Source of the DNA: an uncultured Flavobacteriaceae bacterium
Lineage (GTDB): Bacteria > Bacteroidota > Bacteroidia > NS11-12g > UBA955
Length of the DNA stretch: 64,000 nt
NCBI GenBank assembly: GCA_964626685.1
Contig: CAZVJY010000002.1
Location: 128,246-192,245 of the forward strand
Direction: 5' to 3'
How positions within the stretch are numbered: the first letter of the stretch is position 1; every line of letters begins with the position of its first letter. Made by a program: the position numbers and the translations under genes. The notes below the pieces were generated by a model that saw only the letters and a program-made list of their open reading frames with translations, did not search any database and had not been told where the DNA came from. Of the stretch, positions 52,786-62,979 are shown in pieces.

Positions 52786-53085
52786 TTATTTACGAAAAAC
52801 CAGTTTCTCAAGATAAAAGGTACCAAATGGCAAAAGCGACAAGAAAACGGCAAGTATTGCTTTAGACAGGGTAATTTGTTTTTTTAGTTGCATCCAAAAC
52901 AACAGCAAACCAAACCACACAAAGAGAAATCCGTGCACTGAGCCAAAAACAGACACAGCCATCGGCCAGCCGGCGAGATATTTCAGAGGCATAGCCAAAC
53001 CAAGCAGCAACAAATAGCTGATTCCCTCCCAGTGTCCAACCTGAATTAGGCGATGCTGCATGGATGTAGTCTGTTCTTTTTGCAT
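52786..53085 (-). CDS. DUF3817-like small membrane protein
   Basis: The ORF track extends to 53172 (128 aa), which would overlap ftsX. The internal Met at 53085 gives about 100 aa with 3 TM helices and the EGISYLLLLGLAMPLKY motif. The start is uncertain. Confidence 0.45.
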   Translation of the reverse strand: MQKEQTTSMQHRLIQVGHWEGISYLLLLGLAMPLKYLAGWPMAVSVFGSVHGFLFVWFGLLLFWMQLKKQITLSKAILAVFLSLLPFGTFYLEKLVFRK

Positions 53086-53174
53086 AGCGCAAAAATAACG
53101 GATAACGGCACTATGCACAATTGCGGATAACTTATTACTTGTTCTTTGTTTTGATTTTGTGTAATTCGCCATGC

Positions 53175-54065
53175 ATGTCTGAAGTAACAGAAATAAAATC
53201 CAAACGACGCAGGCCCAGTGCTTTGCCGGGCATCATCAGCCTGGCGTTGGTTATGTTCATGCTGGGATTGCTTTCCCTCACCTACCTTGGTTTCCAGGGA
53301 TTGAGCAAAAGCCTGGTAGAAAGCAGCAGCCTGGATGTCTATTTCAAGGATTCGTGCACATCAGAACAGGTAAAATCTCTCGAACAGGAACTCAGCAGGG
53401 AAAAATGGTATAAAAACTCCCGTTTTGTAAGCCGGGAAGAGGGCATGAAAGAAATGGCCGAAAGCAACGATCCTGCCTTTATGCAATATGTGGAATTGAA
53501 CGCCTTACCCCTAAGCCTGGAATTGTTTTTTAAAGCAGAATTCGCCTCGGCGCCACAGCTGGAGAAAGTGGCTGAAAAGCTCCGTCAACTGCCATTGGTT
53601 GAAAGTGTTGTTTACCAAAAAAACCTGCTTGAATCGGTAAACGATAATGTGGCCAAAGTACAACTTACATTGCTCGGCCTAACCTGCATATTTGTGATTA
53701 TTGCCATCGGACTGATACACAATTCCACCCGCCTGAACATCTTTGCCAACCGCTTTATCATCAAAAGTATGCAGCTTGTTGGGGCTACCCATGGCTTTAT
53801 CATCAGGCCCATTATAGGCAAGTTTATTTTGTATGCGCTAATCGCTTTTCCCATTTCCCTCATCATGCTTTTTGGCGCTATGAAGGGTATTCATACCATT
53901 TGGGACGGGCTGGGATCCATTGCTGAAATCGCGGGATTCATTGAGCCTTTGCAGGCTGCTGTTTGCCTGACGGCTACCGCACTTTGCGGAATTTTAATTG
54001 CAGCAGGTAGTGCATGGTTCAGCACCCGTAAGTATCTTCGCAGTAAAATTGAAAATCTATACTAA
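53175..54065 (+). CDS. ftsX: cell-division protein FtsX (permease-like)
   Basis: N-terminal TM helix, periplasmic domain, and three C-terminal TM helices. The start is taken at the Met (MSEVTEIK) that avoids overlapping the minus-strand gene. Confidence 0.8.
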   Translation: MSEVTEIKSKRRRPSALPGIISLALVMFMLGLLSLTYLGFQGLSKSLVESSSLDVYFKDSCTSEQVKSLEQELSREKWYKNSRFVSREEGMKEMAESNDPAFMQYVELNALPLSLELFFKAEFASAPQLEKVAEKLRQLPLVESVVYQKNLLESVNDNVAKVQLTLLGLTCIFVIIAIGLIHNSTRLNIFANRFIIKSMQLVGATHGFIIRPIIGKFILYALIAFPISLIMLFGAMKGIHTIWDGLGSIAEIAGFIEPLQAAVCLTATALCGILIAAGSAWFSTRKYLRSKIENLY

Positions 54066-54325
54066 TGAGCAATAAGCTAAATACCAATTCCGATGTAAAA
54101 AAGGAAATTTCAGGCAGCAAACCTCAAATGGTTTTCGGAACCCTGAATTATATAATGCTGGGAGTATCACTGATGGTGCTTGTCATTGGCTTTGCCCTGA
54201 TGAGCGGTACAACCGACATATACAGCAGCACCAAGATTACCCTGGCACCCATTGTGGTAATGCTGGGTTTTGGCCTGGGCATTGTTTCCATTTTCTACAA
54301 AGGGAAAACAAATTCGGGTGAATGA
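54065..54325 (+). CDS. DUF3098 small membrane protein
   Basis: 86 aa with 2 TM helices. It sits in the conserved ftsX-DUF3098-uppP arrangement of Bacteroidota. Overlaps ftsX by TAATG. Confidence 0.6.
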   Translation: MSNKLNTNSDVKKEISGSKPQMVFGTLNYIMLGVSLMVLVIGFALMSGTTDIYSSTKITLAPIVVMLGFGLGIVSIFYKGKTNSGE

Positions 54326-55086
54326 CCTGGATTGAAAACCTGATTTTGTCCCTCATTGAGGGCGTCACTGAATATTTACCGGTAAGCAGCACCGGCCATC
54401 TCATGATGGCGGGTGAAATCATGCAGCTGGATGCCGCAAAAATTGACACCTACATCATTACAGTGCAGTTTGGGGCCATTTTGGCGGTGATTGCAGCCTA
54501 TCCAAAAAGATTCTTTGCTTTCAGGGATTACACTTTTTACCTGAAGCTCTTCGCCGGTTTTTTACCCGCTGCTGTGCTGGGTCTGATGTTTGATGATTTT
54601 CTTGAAGCATTGCTTCAAACACCCGCCATTGTCGGTTTTACCCTGATTCTTATTGGCATATTCCTGCTGTTCATGGAAAAACTGTTACCGGAAGGCAATA
54701 AAACCGTCGATGATATCACTTACAAGGATGCATTGAAAATAGGATTGGTTCAGAGCTTTGCCATGGTGCCCGGTGTAAGTCGCAGTGCCGCTTCCATCGC
54801 CGGAGCCCTGGGATGCAAACTGAGCAGGGTTGCCGCTACCGAATTTAGTTTCTTCCTTGCTGTCCCTACACTGACTGCAGCAGGTCTTTACAAGCTTTTA
54901 AAAAACTGGGATAATCTCTCGGCTTCGCAACTGCAGGATATTGGCCTGGGAAACATATTCAGCTTCATTACGGCCCTCATCGCCATACGATTCTTTATAC
55001 AGCTGGTAAAAACCAAAGGGTTCGCCTGGTTTGGCTATTACCGCATTGCCGCAGGATTGGCATTTCTTTTGTACCTTTACCTGTAA
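54322..55086 (+). CDS. uppP: undecaprenyl-diphosphate phosphatase
   Basis: EYLPVSSTGHLMM and PGVSRSAASIA BacA motifs. Overlaps the upstream stop by ATGA. Confidence 0.9.
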   Translation: MTWIENLILSLIEGVTEYLPVSSTGHLMMAGEIMQLDAAKIDTYIITVQFGAILAVIAAYPKRFFAFRDYTFYLKLFAGFLPAAVLGLMFDDFLEALLQTPAIVGFTLILIGIFLLFMEKLLPEGNKTVDDITYKDALKIGLVQSFAMVPGVSRSAASIAGALGCKLSRVAATEFSFFLAVPTLTAAGLYKLLKNWDNLSASQLQDIGLGNIFSFITALIAIRFFIQLVKTKGFAWFGYYRIAAGLAFLLYLYL

Positions 55087-55091
55087 TTCAG

Positions 55092-55775
55092 ATGTTGAGT
55101 TCCATAAACCGCATCACGCTGGGACTGGTATTAACCGCTGCCACACTGCTTCTGGGTGCTATGAAACATCCGTCGGCCGGTTATTCGGTAAAACTGGGCA
55201 GACTGAAATACAATGGCGGCGGTGACTGGTACAGTTCAAAAACAGCGCTGGGCAATCTGGCCAAATTCTGCAACACGCGTCTCGGCATGCGCATTGATCC
55301 CGCTGAAAGTATTGTAGATGTGGGTGGACCTGATTTGTACAACCACCCCTACATTTTCATGACCGGACATGGCAACGTGGTTTTTAGTGATGCAGAAGCA
55401 TTAAACCTGAGAAAATACCTGGAAAGCGGTGGTTTTTTACATATTTGTGATAATTACGGAATGGATAAATTCGTTCGGTCTCAAATGAAAAAGGTATTTC
55501 CGGAACTGGATTTTAAAGAACTTCCGCACAATCACGCCATATACAATTCTCCATTCATATTCGCTCAGGGATTACCCAAGATACACCAGCATGAAGGGAA
55601 ATCACCCCAGGGCTTTGGCCTTATTTATAAAGGCAGGCTGGTTTGCTTTTACGATTATGAATGCGATCTGGGTAACGGGTGGGAAGATGCCGAGGTACAC
55701 AATGATCCCGAGCCACTGCGTCAAAAAGCACTGCAAATGGGTGCCAACATTCTACAATACGTATTTAAAAACTGA
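55092..55775 (+). CDS. DUF4159-like secreted protein (GATase1-like fold candidate)
   Basis: Signal peptide. The LGRLKYNGGGDWYS motif is recalled from DUF4159 family members. Family assignment is from memory only. Confidence 0.45.
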   Translation: MLSSINRITLGLVLTAATLLLGAMKHPSAGYSVKLGRLKYNGGGDWYSSKTALGNLAKFCNTRLGMRIDPAESIVDVGGPDLYNHPYIFMTGHGNVVFSDAEALNLRKYLESGGFLHICDNYGMDKFVRSQMKKVFPELDFKELPHNHAIYNSPFIFAQGLPKIHQHEGKSPQGFGLIYKGRLVCFYDYECDLGNGWEDAEVHNDPEPLRQKALQMGANILQYVFKN

Positions 55776-56659
55776 TGGGTAAAACCGATAAAAAAATAGC
55801 ATTTCTGATTAATCCTGCCTCCGGCAATGCAGCCGTGAAAAAGAAAGGTAAAGAAATGGCTACCGCTGTTAAAGGCATGCAAGGCTACTCTCTATATGAG
55901 ACAAAATCCCCCGAGGAGTTGATTGAACTTACCGGAGAGCTGGCTAAGAAAAACTACAGGGCGGTTTTTGCCTGTGGCGGTGACGGTACACTGAACCTAG
56001 TAAGCAGCCAGTTGACAGGTACGGAAACCGCTTTGGGTATCATTCCGCTGGGCTCTGGAAATGGTTATGCCAGACACCACCATATTTCACTTAAATGGGA
56101 AGAAGCACTCAAAGCGGCTGAAAACCCTATAGTTTCCTTGCGGGATACAGGCCTTTTCAACGGTTACCATTTTTTGAATATTGCAGGGGTGGGCTATACC
56201 GCCAAAATTAGCCATGAGTTTAAACGTGAAGAGCATAGGGGATTGAGAGGCTATATTAAAACGGTTTTCAAAAACCTGAAAATGGATGCATTCGACACCC
56301 GCATTACCAATGAAAATGGTCAGTGGGAAGGCAAAGTATGGATGGTAGATTTTTGCAATGGAAGCCAGTGGGGCAACAATTTCAGAGTAGATCCGGCTGC
56401 AAGAGATGATGACGGGGCTATTTCAGCAGTCATTTTTCGAAAAACCAATCCTATAAAAATCCCTGCCATCGGTTTTAGGCTCGCAGCAGGCAGCATTCAT
56501 AAAAGTTCGGATGTTTACCGTATTTCGGGGAGCAAATTCGCAATGGAATTTGCAGGGAAAAGGCCATTGCACCTGGATGGCGAGGCGGCGGCCATCATAG
56601 AAAACATAGCAGAAATCGAGGTTGTCCCCAGAAGCCTGATTGTATGGACCCCGGGTTAA
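55775..56659 (+). CDS. diacylglycerol kinase family lipid kinase (YegS/DagK-like)
   Basis: IAFLINPASGN, ACGGDGTLNLV, and IPLGSGNG motifs. Confidence 0.8.
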   Translation: MGKTDKKIAFLINPASGNAAVKKKGKEMATAVKGMQGYSLYETKSPEELIELTGELAKKNYRAVFACGGDGTLNLVSSQLTGTETALGIIPLGSGNGYARHHHISLKWEEALKAAENPIVSLRDTGLFNGYHFLNIAGVGYTAKISHEFKREEHRGLRGYIKTVFKNLKMDAFDTRITNENGQWEGKVWMVDFCNGSQWGNNFRVDPAARDDDGAISAVIFRKTNPIKIPAIGFRLAAGSIHKSSDVYRISGSKFAMEFAGKRPLHLDGEAAAIIENIAEIEVVPRSLIVWTPG

Positions 56660-58071
56660 AAATCCTAACCTCAGCACAAAGCAGGCAGTGCGATACCCTC
56701 ACCATGAAACAAGAGGGAATGCACCCCCACGACCTCATGGACAGGGCTGTTCAGCGAATATTTCAGCACCTGCAAACATTATTAACTTCAGACACCGCTA
56801 TTACCATCATTTGCGGCCCCGGAAACAACGGTGCTGATGGACTGTGTCTGGCTTCACTATTAGCAGCAAAAGGTTTCCGTGTATCAACAAAAATCTGTCT
56901 TTTCGGTAAAAAGCCGGGACAGACGCTTTCGTTCAGGATGGCTCTATACAGCGGTCAACCAGGCATCCACTTGGATATTGTGCATGATGTCCAAAATATT
57001 GTGATACCTAAAAACACAGTGGTAATAGACGGCTTGTTTGGCACCGGCCTTTCAAATCCCTTGCAGGATGCATGGAAATTACTGGCAGAGAAAGTCAATG
57101 CTTCGGGTGCAGAAATCATATCCATTGATACACCGAGCGGATTGCCTGATGAACCCGATAACAAAAATATCACCTGGATAAAAGCAGGAAAAGTAATTGC
57201 CATACAAACGCCCAAACCTTCCCTGCTTTACCCCGAATTTAAAATTGATTTTAGCGTGGTGGATTGCGGTATTGTGACCGATTCCATTGATACGAATCGC
57301 TACTTCCTGGATACAAATTCCCAGGTTTACGAACAACTGAAAAGCTTGTTGCCTGAACGCCCCCGACACAGCCACAAAGGCACTTTTGGGCATACGCTGC
57401 TCATTGGCGGCAACATAGGCATGCACGGTGCTATAAGCATGGCTGCAAGAGCGTGTTATGATGCAGGAAGCGGCTTAACGACGGCGCTCTCACCGGAAAG
57501 TGCTGCCGCCTGTCTGGCAAACTATCCGGGGATAATGCATTTATCAAGAACACTCGATGAGAAAGCAATTGAGGACCTGCCGGCAGAAAAATACCGATCC
57601 ATTGCCATAGGACCAGGATTGGGGAACAACGCAGAAACCCATAAATTGTTGGAAGCGGTCATAAAACACTTTCATTTACCGCTTATTGCTGATGCAGATG
57701 CACTTAACATTCTTGCTGAAAAACCTGAAATGCTGAGCCAATTACCCAAAGGAAGCCTGCTGACACCTCATCCTGCAGAGTTTAACAGGCTTTTTGGCTC
57801 CACAAAAAGTGGCCGGGAAAAGGAAATACTTGCGGTACAAAAATCTCAGGAATTGGGAATATATATCCTTGCCAAAGACACCTACAGTTTACTGGCATGC
57901 CCGGATGGAAACGTATTTTACAACGGATCAGGGAATGCAAAGCTGGCAAGGGGTGGTAGTGGCGATACCCTTACCGGTATGATTGCAGGCCTGTATGCAC
58001 AAAACCAAAACATGCGTGATGCCGCGCTGGCAGGCATGTATTTTTCAGGTGCCGGAAAAATGATTATTTAA
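56644..58071 (+). CDS. nnr: bifunctional NAD(P)H-hydrate repair enzyme Nnr (epimerase / ADP-dependent dehydratase)
   Basis: YjeF-N (GPGNNGADGL) and YjeF-C (GPGLG, GGSGDTLTG) domains. Confidence 0.85.
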   Translation: MDPGLKILTSAQSRQCDTLTMKQEGMHPHDLMDRAVQRIFQHLQTLLTSDTAITIICGPGNNGADGLCLASLLAAKGFRVSTKICLFGKKPGQTLSFRMALYSGQPGIHLDIVHDVQNIVIPKNTVVIDGLFGTGLSNPLQDAWKLLAEKVNASGAEIISIDTPSGLPDEPDNKNITWIKAGKVIAIQTPKPSLLYPEFKIDFSVVDCGIVTDSIDTNRYFLDTNSQVYEQLKSLLPERPRHSHKGTFGHTLLIGGNIGMHGAISMAARACYDAGSGLTTALSPESAAACLANYPGIMHLSRTLDEKAIEDLPAEKYRSIAIGPGLGNNAETHKLLEAVIKHFHLPLIADADALNILAEKPEMLSQLPKGSLLTPHPAEFNRLFGSTKSGREKEILAVQKSQELGIYILAKDTYSLLACPDGNVFYNGSGNAKLARGGSGDTLTGMIAGLYAQNQNMRDAALAGMYFSGAGKMII

Positions 58072-59356
58072 CTTCCCGAACCCAGGACTGGGTAAGTCCT
58101 ACCTCAGAGCTCAGCAGAAAACGATCTGCCTCATTGCGTGTTTTGAAGTACTTCACATACACGTAATAGCTGTTATTCTTGCGGTCATGGTATTTGTACG
58201 AGAACTGATCATTCATGTACAAATTCTTTATCATTTTATTGGCTTTCGACTCGTCGGAACTTACCCCGGTAACAATATAAAAGCCGGCTGCAGCCTTGGC
58301 ATTGCTATCCAGTTTGGCAATAGTAATACCAGCAGTATCTATACCCAAACCTGCTTCGATAAACCCGGGAAGATCGGTAACGGTTATTTGCACTTTACGC
58401 CTTTCTGAGGTTGCTTTCTCTTCCTGCGTTGTTTCATCAGGAATAGGTGCAACCGATCCTCTTCCCAAGCCTATGGTGAAGAAAAATTCGTGTCCATTGC
58501 CAAGCACTTCTCGCGACTTTCCGGTAGGATACATAAAGGCATAACCGAAACGGGTTCCACCTCCCAGATTTGCACCCATATTGGCACCAAACTGGGATGC
58601 ATCATTGCCTGAAAAACCAAACCAGAACTTATTATCATAGCTGGCATTTATGTTCAGCTGGGCTCTGTAATTTTTAAAATCCCAGAGCGTAACATTTGCC
58701 ATAGGCTCAATTTTCACTTTCTCTCCAACTTCGAATGAATGGCCTAACAATATATTTGATACGTTTTGAAGATTATATTCAGCAGCATAGTTAAAATAAC
58801 TATAATCAAAACGTGGCTTAGGCAGGCGACTGGTAGAAACACCGAATCTGAATCCATTGCGGGTGTAAAAAGCAGAAGCACGCAGATCTGCACGGGTAAC
58901 GGCAGGGCTGAATATCAGGGAATTGATAATTGGGTCGTTAGAATGGATGTATACCGCTTTGCTAGGATCAAAACTCTGGTTCATAAAACCCACTGAAACA
59001 CCGAGACTCAGCTTGCTTTCATCCTTAAATGGGATTGCATAAGCATAGGAGACATAGGCATTCTGAAGGCTGCTAAAACCTGCATTTTCATTCAGATAGA
59101 AAACTCCGAATGTGGTGCGCTCATTGGGCAACGGCAATACGATATTGGCAAGCACATTCTGGGGGGTTCCCTGAACAGCAGAATAGATGCGGTTGAAAAA
59201 CAATGAAGCCGTAGCAGATTTCTGCATGGACATGGCCGCCGGGTTTATTACCGAAGGATCCAGAAAGAACTGATCTATGCGCGAACTCATCTGAGCTGCT
59301 GACTTGCCGGCTATGCCCAGCAAAGCAATAAGGAGGGTATATTTGGTGATTTTCAC
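58064..59356 (-). CDS. PorP/SprF family T9SS outer-membrane protein with C-terminal SPOR-like domain
   Basis: Signal peptide then QFFLDPSVINPAA, the PorP/SprF signature. A beta-barrel body of about 330 aa. The C-terminal 85 aa (GFYIVTGVSSDESKANKMIKNL...SYYVYVKYFKTRNEADRFL) has a SPOR-like beta-alpha-beta-beta-alpha pattern. It starts 4 nt downstream of the giant CTD protein gene. Confidence 0.6.
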   Translation of the reverse strand: MKITKYTLLIALLGIAGKSAAQMSSRIDQFFLDPSVINPAAMSMQKSATASLFFNRIYSAVQGTPQNVLANIVLPLPNERTTFGVFYLNENAGFSSLQNAYVSYAYAIPFKDESKLSLGVSVGFMNQSFDPSKAVYIHSNDPIINSLIFSPAVTRADLRASAFYTRNGFRFGVSTSRLPKPRFDYSYFNYAAEYNLQNVSNILLGHSFEVGEKVKIEPMANVTLWDFKNYRAQLNINASYDNKFWFGFSGNDASQFGANMGANLGGGTRFGYAFMYPTGKSREVLGNGHEFFFTIGLGRGSVAPIPDETTQEEKATSERRKVQITVTDLPGFIEAGLGIDTAGITIAKLDSNAKAAAGFYIVTGVSSDESKANKMIKNLYMNDQFSYKYHDRKNNSYYVYVKYFKTRNEADRFLLSSEVGLTQSWVREVK

Positions 59357-59360
59357 AGTA

Positions 59361-62300
59361 TTAACGTATTACGTGGATGAAGCCTTTCAATTCTGAGTGA
59401 TTACCCCTATGGTGCAGCAGATAGTAATAGATACCGTCCGGCAATCGGTTGTTGCTTTTATCGACAGCGCCCCAGTCATTCTGGTAGTTGCTGCTTTCGT
59501 AAACAACTTTTCCTGCATAATCTACAATCGTCAGATCATATAAATCTAGATCACGGAGTTCTTTTACATCCCACACATCGTTATCTCCGTCTCCATTGGG
59601 TGAAATGATATTGGGTATGCGCGTAAATACTGGATCAATTACAGTAACGGTAACAGTATCCTTACCCGAACAACCATTTATATCAGTTCCTGTAACAACA
59701 TAGTTGCGTGTTTGCAGGGTTGAAGACCTAACCTGAGACCCTGTAGCAGTATTTAATGCCGTTGCCGGAGTCCAGCTGTAGGTTGAAGCGCCGGTAGCCC
59801 TCAGAAATGCAGAAGACCCCCTGAAAATGGTAGTGTCAGAGAATACCTTCACAACAGCTTTGGGGAATACAAGAACGGTATCATCATCTTCAACGAAGCA
59901 GGTAGTGCCGTTATATGCCCTAACCCTGTAGCGGATGGCAGATTTAAACACTTTGGTTCTGTTGGTATCATTGTCGTTCAGCCAAACAATGTTGGTTCCG
60001 CCGTTGGCGCGCACTTTCAGGCTATCTCCCTCGCAGAAAGGGGAAGTTCCTGTAAGGTTGAAGGTTAGATTTGGGTAAGTTATAAATGAAAATGTCTTGG
60101 AAATTGTATCGGTGCACCCTTCAGCGGTGGTGATAGTGTATGAAACCGTATATGGGCCTGTTCCGTTAAAGAAAATTTTGGCAGGAGAAACAGCAGATGC
60201 GTTGGCCCCATTTACTTTCCACATGCGGCTTGCTATGGCGGAACTGGCAGAAACGGCCGAATCACTGAAAATAATGCTGTCTGGCACACAGCTACCCGAT
60301 TTTGAAAAGTTCAGGCTCAGGGTACCACGAACCCGGTAAATGTTGTTGGCACTGTCTGTGCAACCCCTGTTTGTGGTAGCAACAAGCGTTACTGTGTAGT
60401 TGCCTGTAGAAACATAAGAATGCACACTATCCTTCAGCATATCTGTGCTGCCATCTCCCCACTTCCAGTTTCCGCTGGCAATGGTTTGTGCCTGCGTGGT
60501 GGACAGGGTTGGGAAAGAAGTAAATTTATTGCCTTTCAGACACTGGGTTTGGGTATTGCCTGCAACGGAAGGATCGAGGACGAAACCGACCGAAGGCAAT
60601 CCATACACAGTAAATGTCTTGGTGATGCTGTCTTTGCAGCCAAAAGCAGTAACACCATAAAGCGAAGCAGTATGAGAACCGATGGTGGCAAATCTGATTT
60701 TAGCGGCGGTATCACCCGCAAGCGGAGCACCATCTGCCTTCCATGACCAGGTTATTTGGTTATCGGGAGGAATGGTGTTGGCTATGCGACGGAAACGGGC
60801 TGTATCTGAAAGACAGATATCGGAAGTCAGGAAATTAGCAACGGGCAGATTCTGAACCGTTATGTTTTTAGTGATACTATCCTTGCAACCGTTTATGGAC
60901 TGTCCGGTTAGCTTTACAGCATGCGGACCGGCTACAGTGAATTTGTACTTAAATGCTGTATCTGTGCTTGCAGACACCCCATCAACTTTCCATCTCCATG
61001 AAAGGGTACTTTCCGGCGGAATCGTGTTTCTGATGCGAAGGAAATAAGCACTGTCATTGAGGCAAACGACCGGTACAGTAAAATAGGGGACAGGCAGGTT
61101 GAAAAGATTGAAAGTTTTGGTAATACTGTCCACACAGCCATTGGTAGACGTGGCAATGAGTTTTGCGCTTTGCGAACCCGGAATGGTGAAAAGATATTTT
61201 GTGAGGGTATCTGTTTTATGGAATGCCCCATTGATATACCATGTATATGAAACCTGATTCTCAGGAGGACTGGTATTTCTGATTCTTCTAAAAATAGCTG
61301 AGTCATTGATACAGCTTGCAGGCGACAGAAAATTTGCTGTTGGTTTTGCGAATACGCGCACGGGCTTATCGGTAGAATCCGAGCATCCGTTGTTGGTTGT
61401 TACAACCAACCTTGCGTTGAATACACCATCCGTAGCATATGGATAGTTCACAGGCGAACCTGTGCCAATGCCACCGTCTCCGTAAGACCACTTTCTGGAA
61501 GCAATGGATGATGGTGCATTTATTTTAGATGAATCTGTAAAGCGGGTAAGCGCACCTTTACAAACTTCGGTAAATCCGAAATTCACAGCAGGTAAGGCAT
61601 TGATTCGAACAACTGCTGTGGTGGAATCCTGATAACCTCCACTGTTATACACTTTCAACTTCACAATGTAATTACCGGTATCAGCATAGGTATAGGACGG
61701 GGCTTGCTGGCTGGAGGTATCCGTATTAAGCAAGGCAACACCAAAATCCCAAAAGAAGGAATCAATCGAAAAGCGAAGACTCACGGAAGAATCGCTGAAG
61801 TTAACGGGCTGTCCCAAGCAGGCATTAAATGTTGCGGGAAGAACAGCAAACACTTCATCAGAGCCCAGGGCGTTGTGACCCAGTGAATCATTGGCATACG
61901 TAAAGAATGCCAGGGTATCTGCAGGAAGTGTATTCTGCAAAGTACCTGCATCGTCAGCAGTTCCTATTCCATCAAGGGAAATCCAGTTTCCTGACCCCTT
62001 GTGCATAACAAGTCTTAACCCGTCTGCATCGCCGGCTTCGTCATCAATATTCTGAAAATCATAATCTGGCTCAAGGACAAAGTCACTTGCTGAAGTATAG
62101 TTGCTGGCTCCCAGTTTAAAATAACGGATATCACTGATGTTCCTTATTCCTGCAGGAAGAGCCCCACTAACAGGAGCAGCTCCATAATTCATGCGGTTTT
62201 CAATGTAAACCGTATCAGTTCCGGTTTTTGTAAAAGTAACCCTTACCTTCCTGTAATCGGCATTATTATTGTCGCCCAGATGAAAGATTACATCAGCCGG

Positions 62301-62819
62301 ACCTGTTGACACACCAATGGCATATTTCCCATCAACAAAAGAACTTGAGTTACCCCCGTTTTGAACACATTCAGGGGCAAGCCTAAGACTTGCATTGGCG
62401 GTGGAAGTGTAAAGTATACTGTTGTTAAAATTCAGGGTATCTTTAATGGTTAAGCTGTTACCTGCTGCACCAATTACGATGCAGGCCGCTCCGGCGCCAT
62501 CCAGCGACACTGCCTTAACTACAGTATTGCTCACTGCAATGTAAACATCTTTGGTAGACATGTAAAAATGCTCAGCAAAGTAGCCGCTGCCCATGAAAAT
62601 GGTATCCGCCACTGCAGCAGAATCATATGCAGCCGACAGGGTTCTTAGCGGACCAATATTTCCGGAAATAAATGTGGCGGATTTGCCTGTATAGGCATTA
62701 CTACCTGCAACATCCACATACCATTTGGCAGCATAGGTTACTTGAATAACAACGAAGGCTGCAATTAAAATGATGGTTTTTTTTAACGAAAAAACACCGG
62801 GTATAAAAGGTATTTTCAT
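59361..62819 (-). CDS. giant T9SS type-B CTD cell-surface protein with about 6 PKD-like repeats
   Basis: 1152 aa. Signal peptide, an N-terminal beta-helix-like region, six roughly 90-aa repeats each ending ..GC(K/T)DSITKTF.V..LP, and a C-terminal IPNIISPNGDGDNDVW gliding-motility CTD. Confidence 0.75.
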   Translation of the reverse strand: MKIPFIPGVFSLKKTIILIAAFVVIQVTYAAKWYVDVAGSNAYTGKSATFISGNIGPLRTLSAAYDSAAVADTIFMGSGYFAEHFYMSTKDVYIAVSNTVVKAVSLDGAGAACIVIGAAGNSLTIKDTLNFNNSILYTSTANASLRLAPECVQNGGNSSSFVDGKYAIGVSTGPADVIFHLGDNNNADYRKVRVTFTKTGTDTVYIENRMNYGAAPVSGALPAGIRNISDIRYFKLGASNYTSASDFVLEPDYDFQNIDDEAGDADGLRLVMHKGSGNWISLDGIGTADDAGTLQNTLPADTLAFFTYANDSLGHNALGSDEVFAVLPATFNACLGQPVNFSDSSVSLRFSIDSFFWDFGVALLNTDTSSQQAPSYTYADTGNYIVKLKVYNSGGYQDSTTAVVRINALPAVNFGFTEVCKGALTRFTDSSKINAPSSIASRKWSYGDGGIGTGSPVNYPYATDGVFNARLVVTTNNGCSDSTDKPVRVFAKPTANFLSPASCINDSAIFRRIRNTSPPENQVSYTWYINGAFHKTDTLTKYLFTIPGSQSAKLIATSTNGCVDSITKTFNLFNLPVPYFTVPVVCLNDSAYFLRIRNTIPPESTLSWRWKVDGVSASTDTAFKYKFTVAGPHAVKLTGQSINGCKDSITKNITVQNLPVANFLTSDICLSDTARFRRIANTIPPDNQITWSWKADGAPLAGDTAAKIRFATIGSHTASLYGVTAFGCKDSITKTFTVYGLPSVGFVLDPSVAGNTQTQCLKGNKFTSFPTLSTTQAQTIASGNWKWGDGSTDMLKDSVHSYVSTGNYTVTLVATTNRGCTDSANNIYRVRGTLSLNFSKSGSCVPDSIIFSDSAVSASSAIASRMWKVNGANASAVSPAKIFFNGTGPYTVSYTITTAEGCTDTISKTFSFITYPNLTFNLTGTSPFCEGDSLKVRANGGTNIVWLNDNDTNRTKVFKSAIRYRVRAYNGTTCFVEDDDTVLVFPKAVVKVFSDTTIFRGSSAFLRATGASTYSWTPATALNTATGSQVRSSTLQTRNYVVTGTDINGCSGKDTVTVTVIDPVFTRIPNIISPNGDGDNDVWDVKELRDLDLYDLTIVDYAGKVVYESSNYQNDWGAVDKSNNRLPDGIYYYLLHHRGNHSELKGFIHVIR

Positions 62820-62979
62820 AGTTTAGCAATCGCAATATTACAAAAAATATTCAATTATTCTTAATAATCATAATTAGCAGCAAATAATTAAGAGTGATTA
62901 TTACTTCTACACAAACCCAAATCAATACACAGTAAAGAATGATAAAGCTGTTTATTTAATAGTGATGGGACCAAACCCT

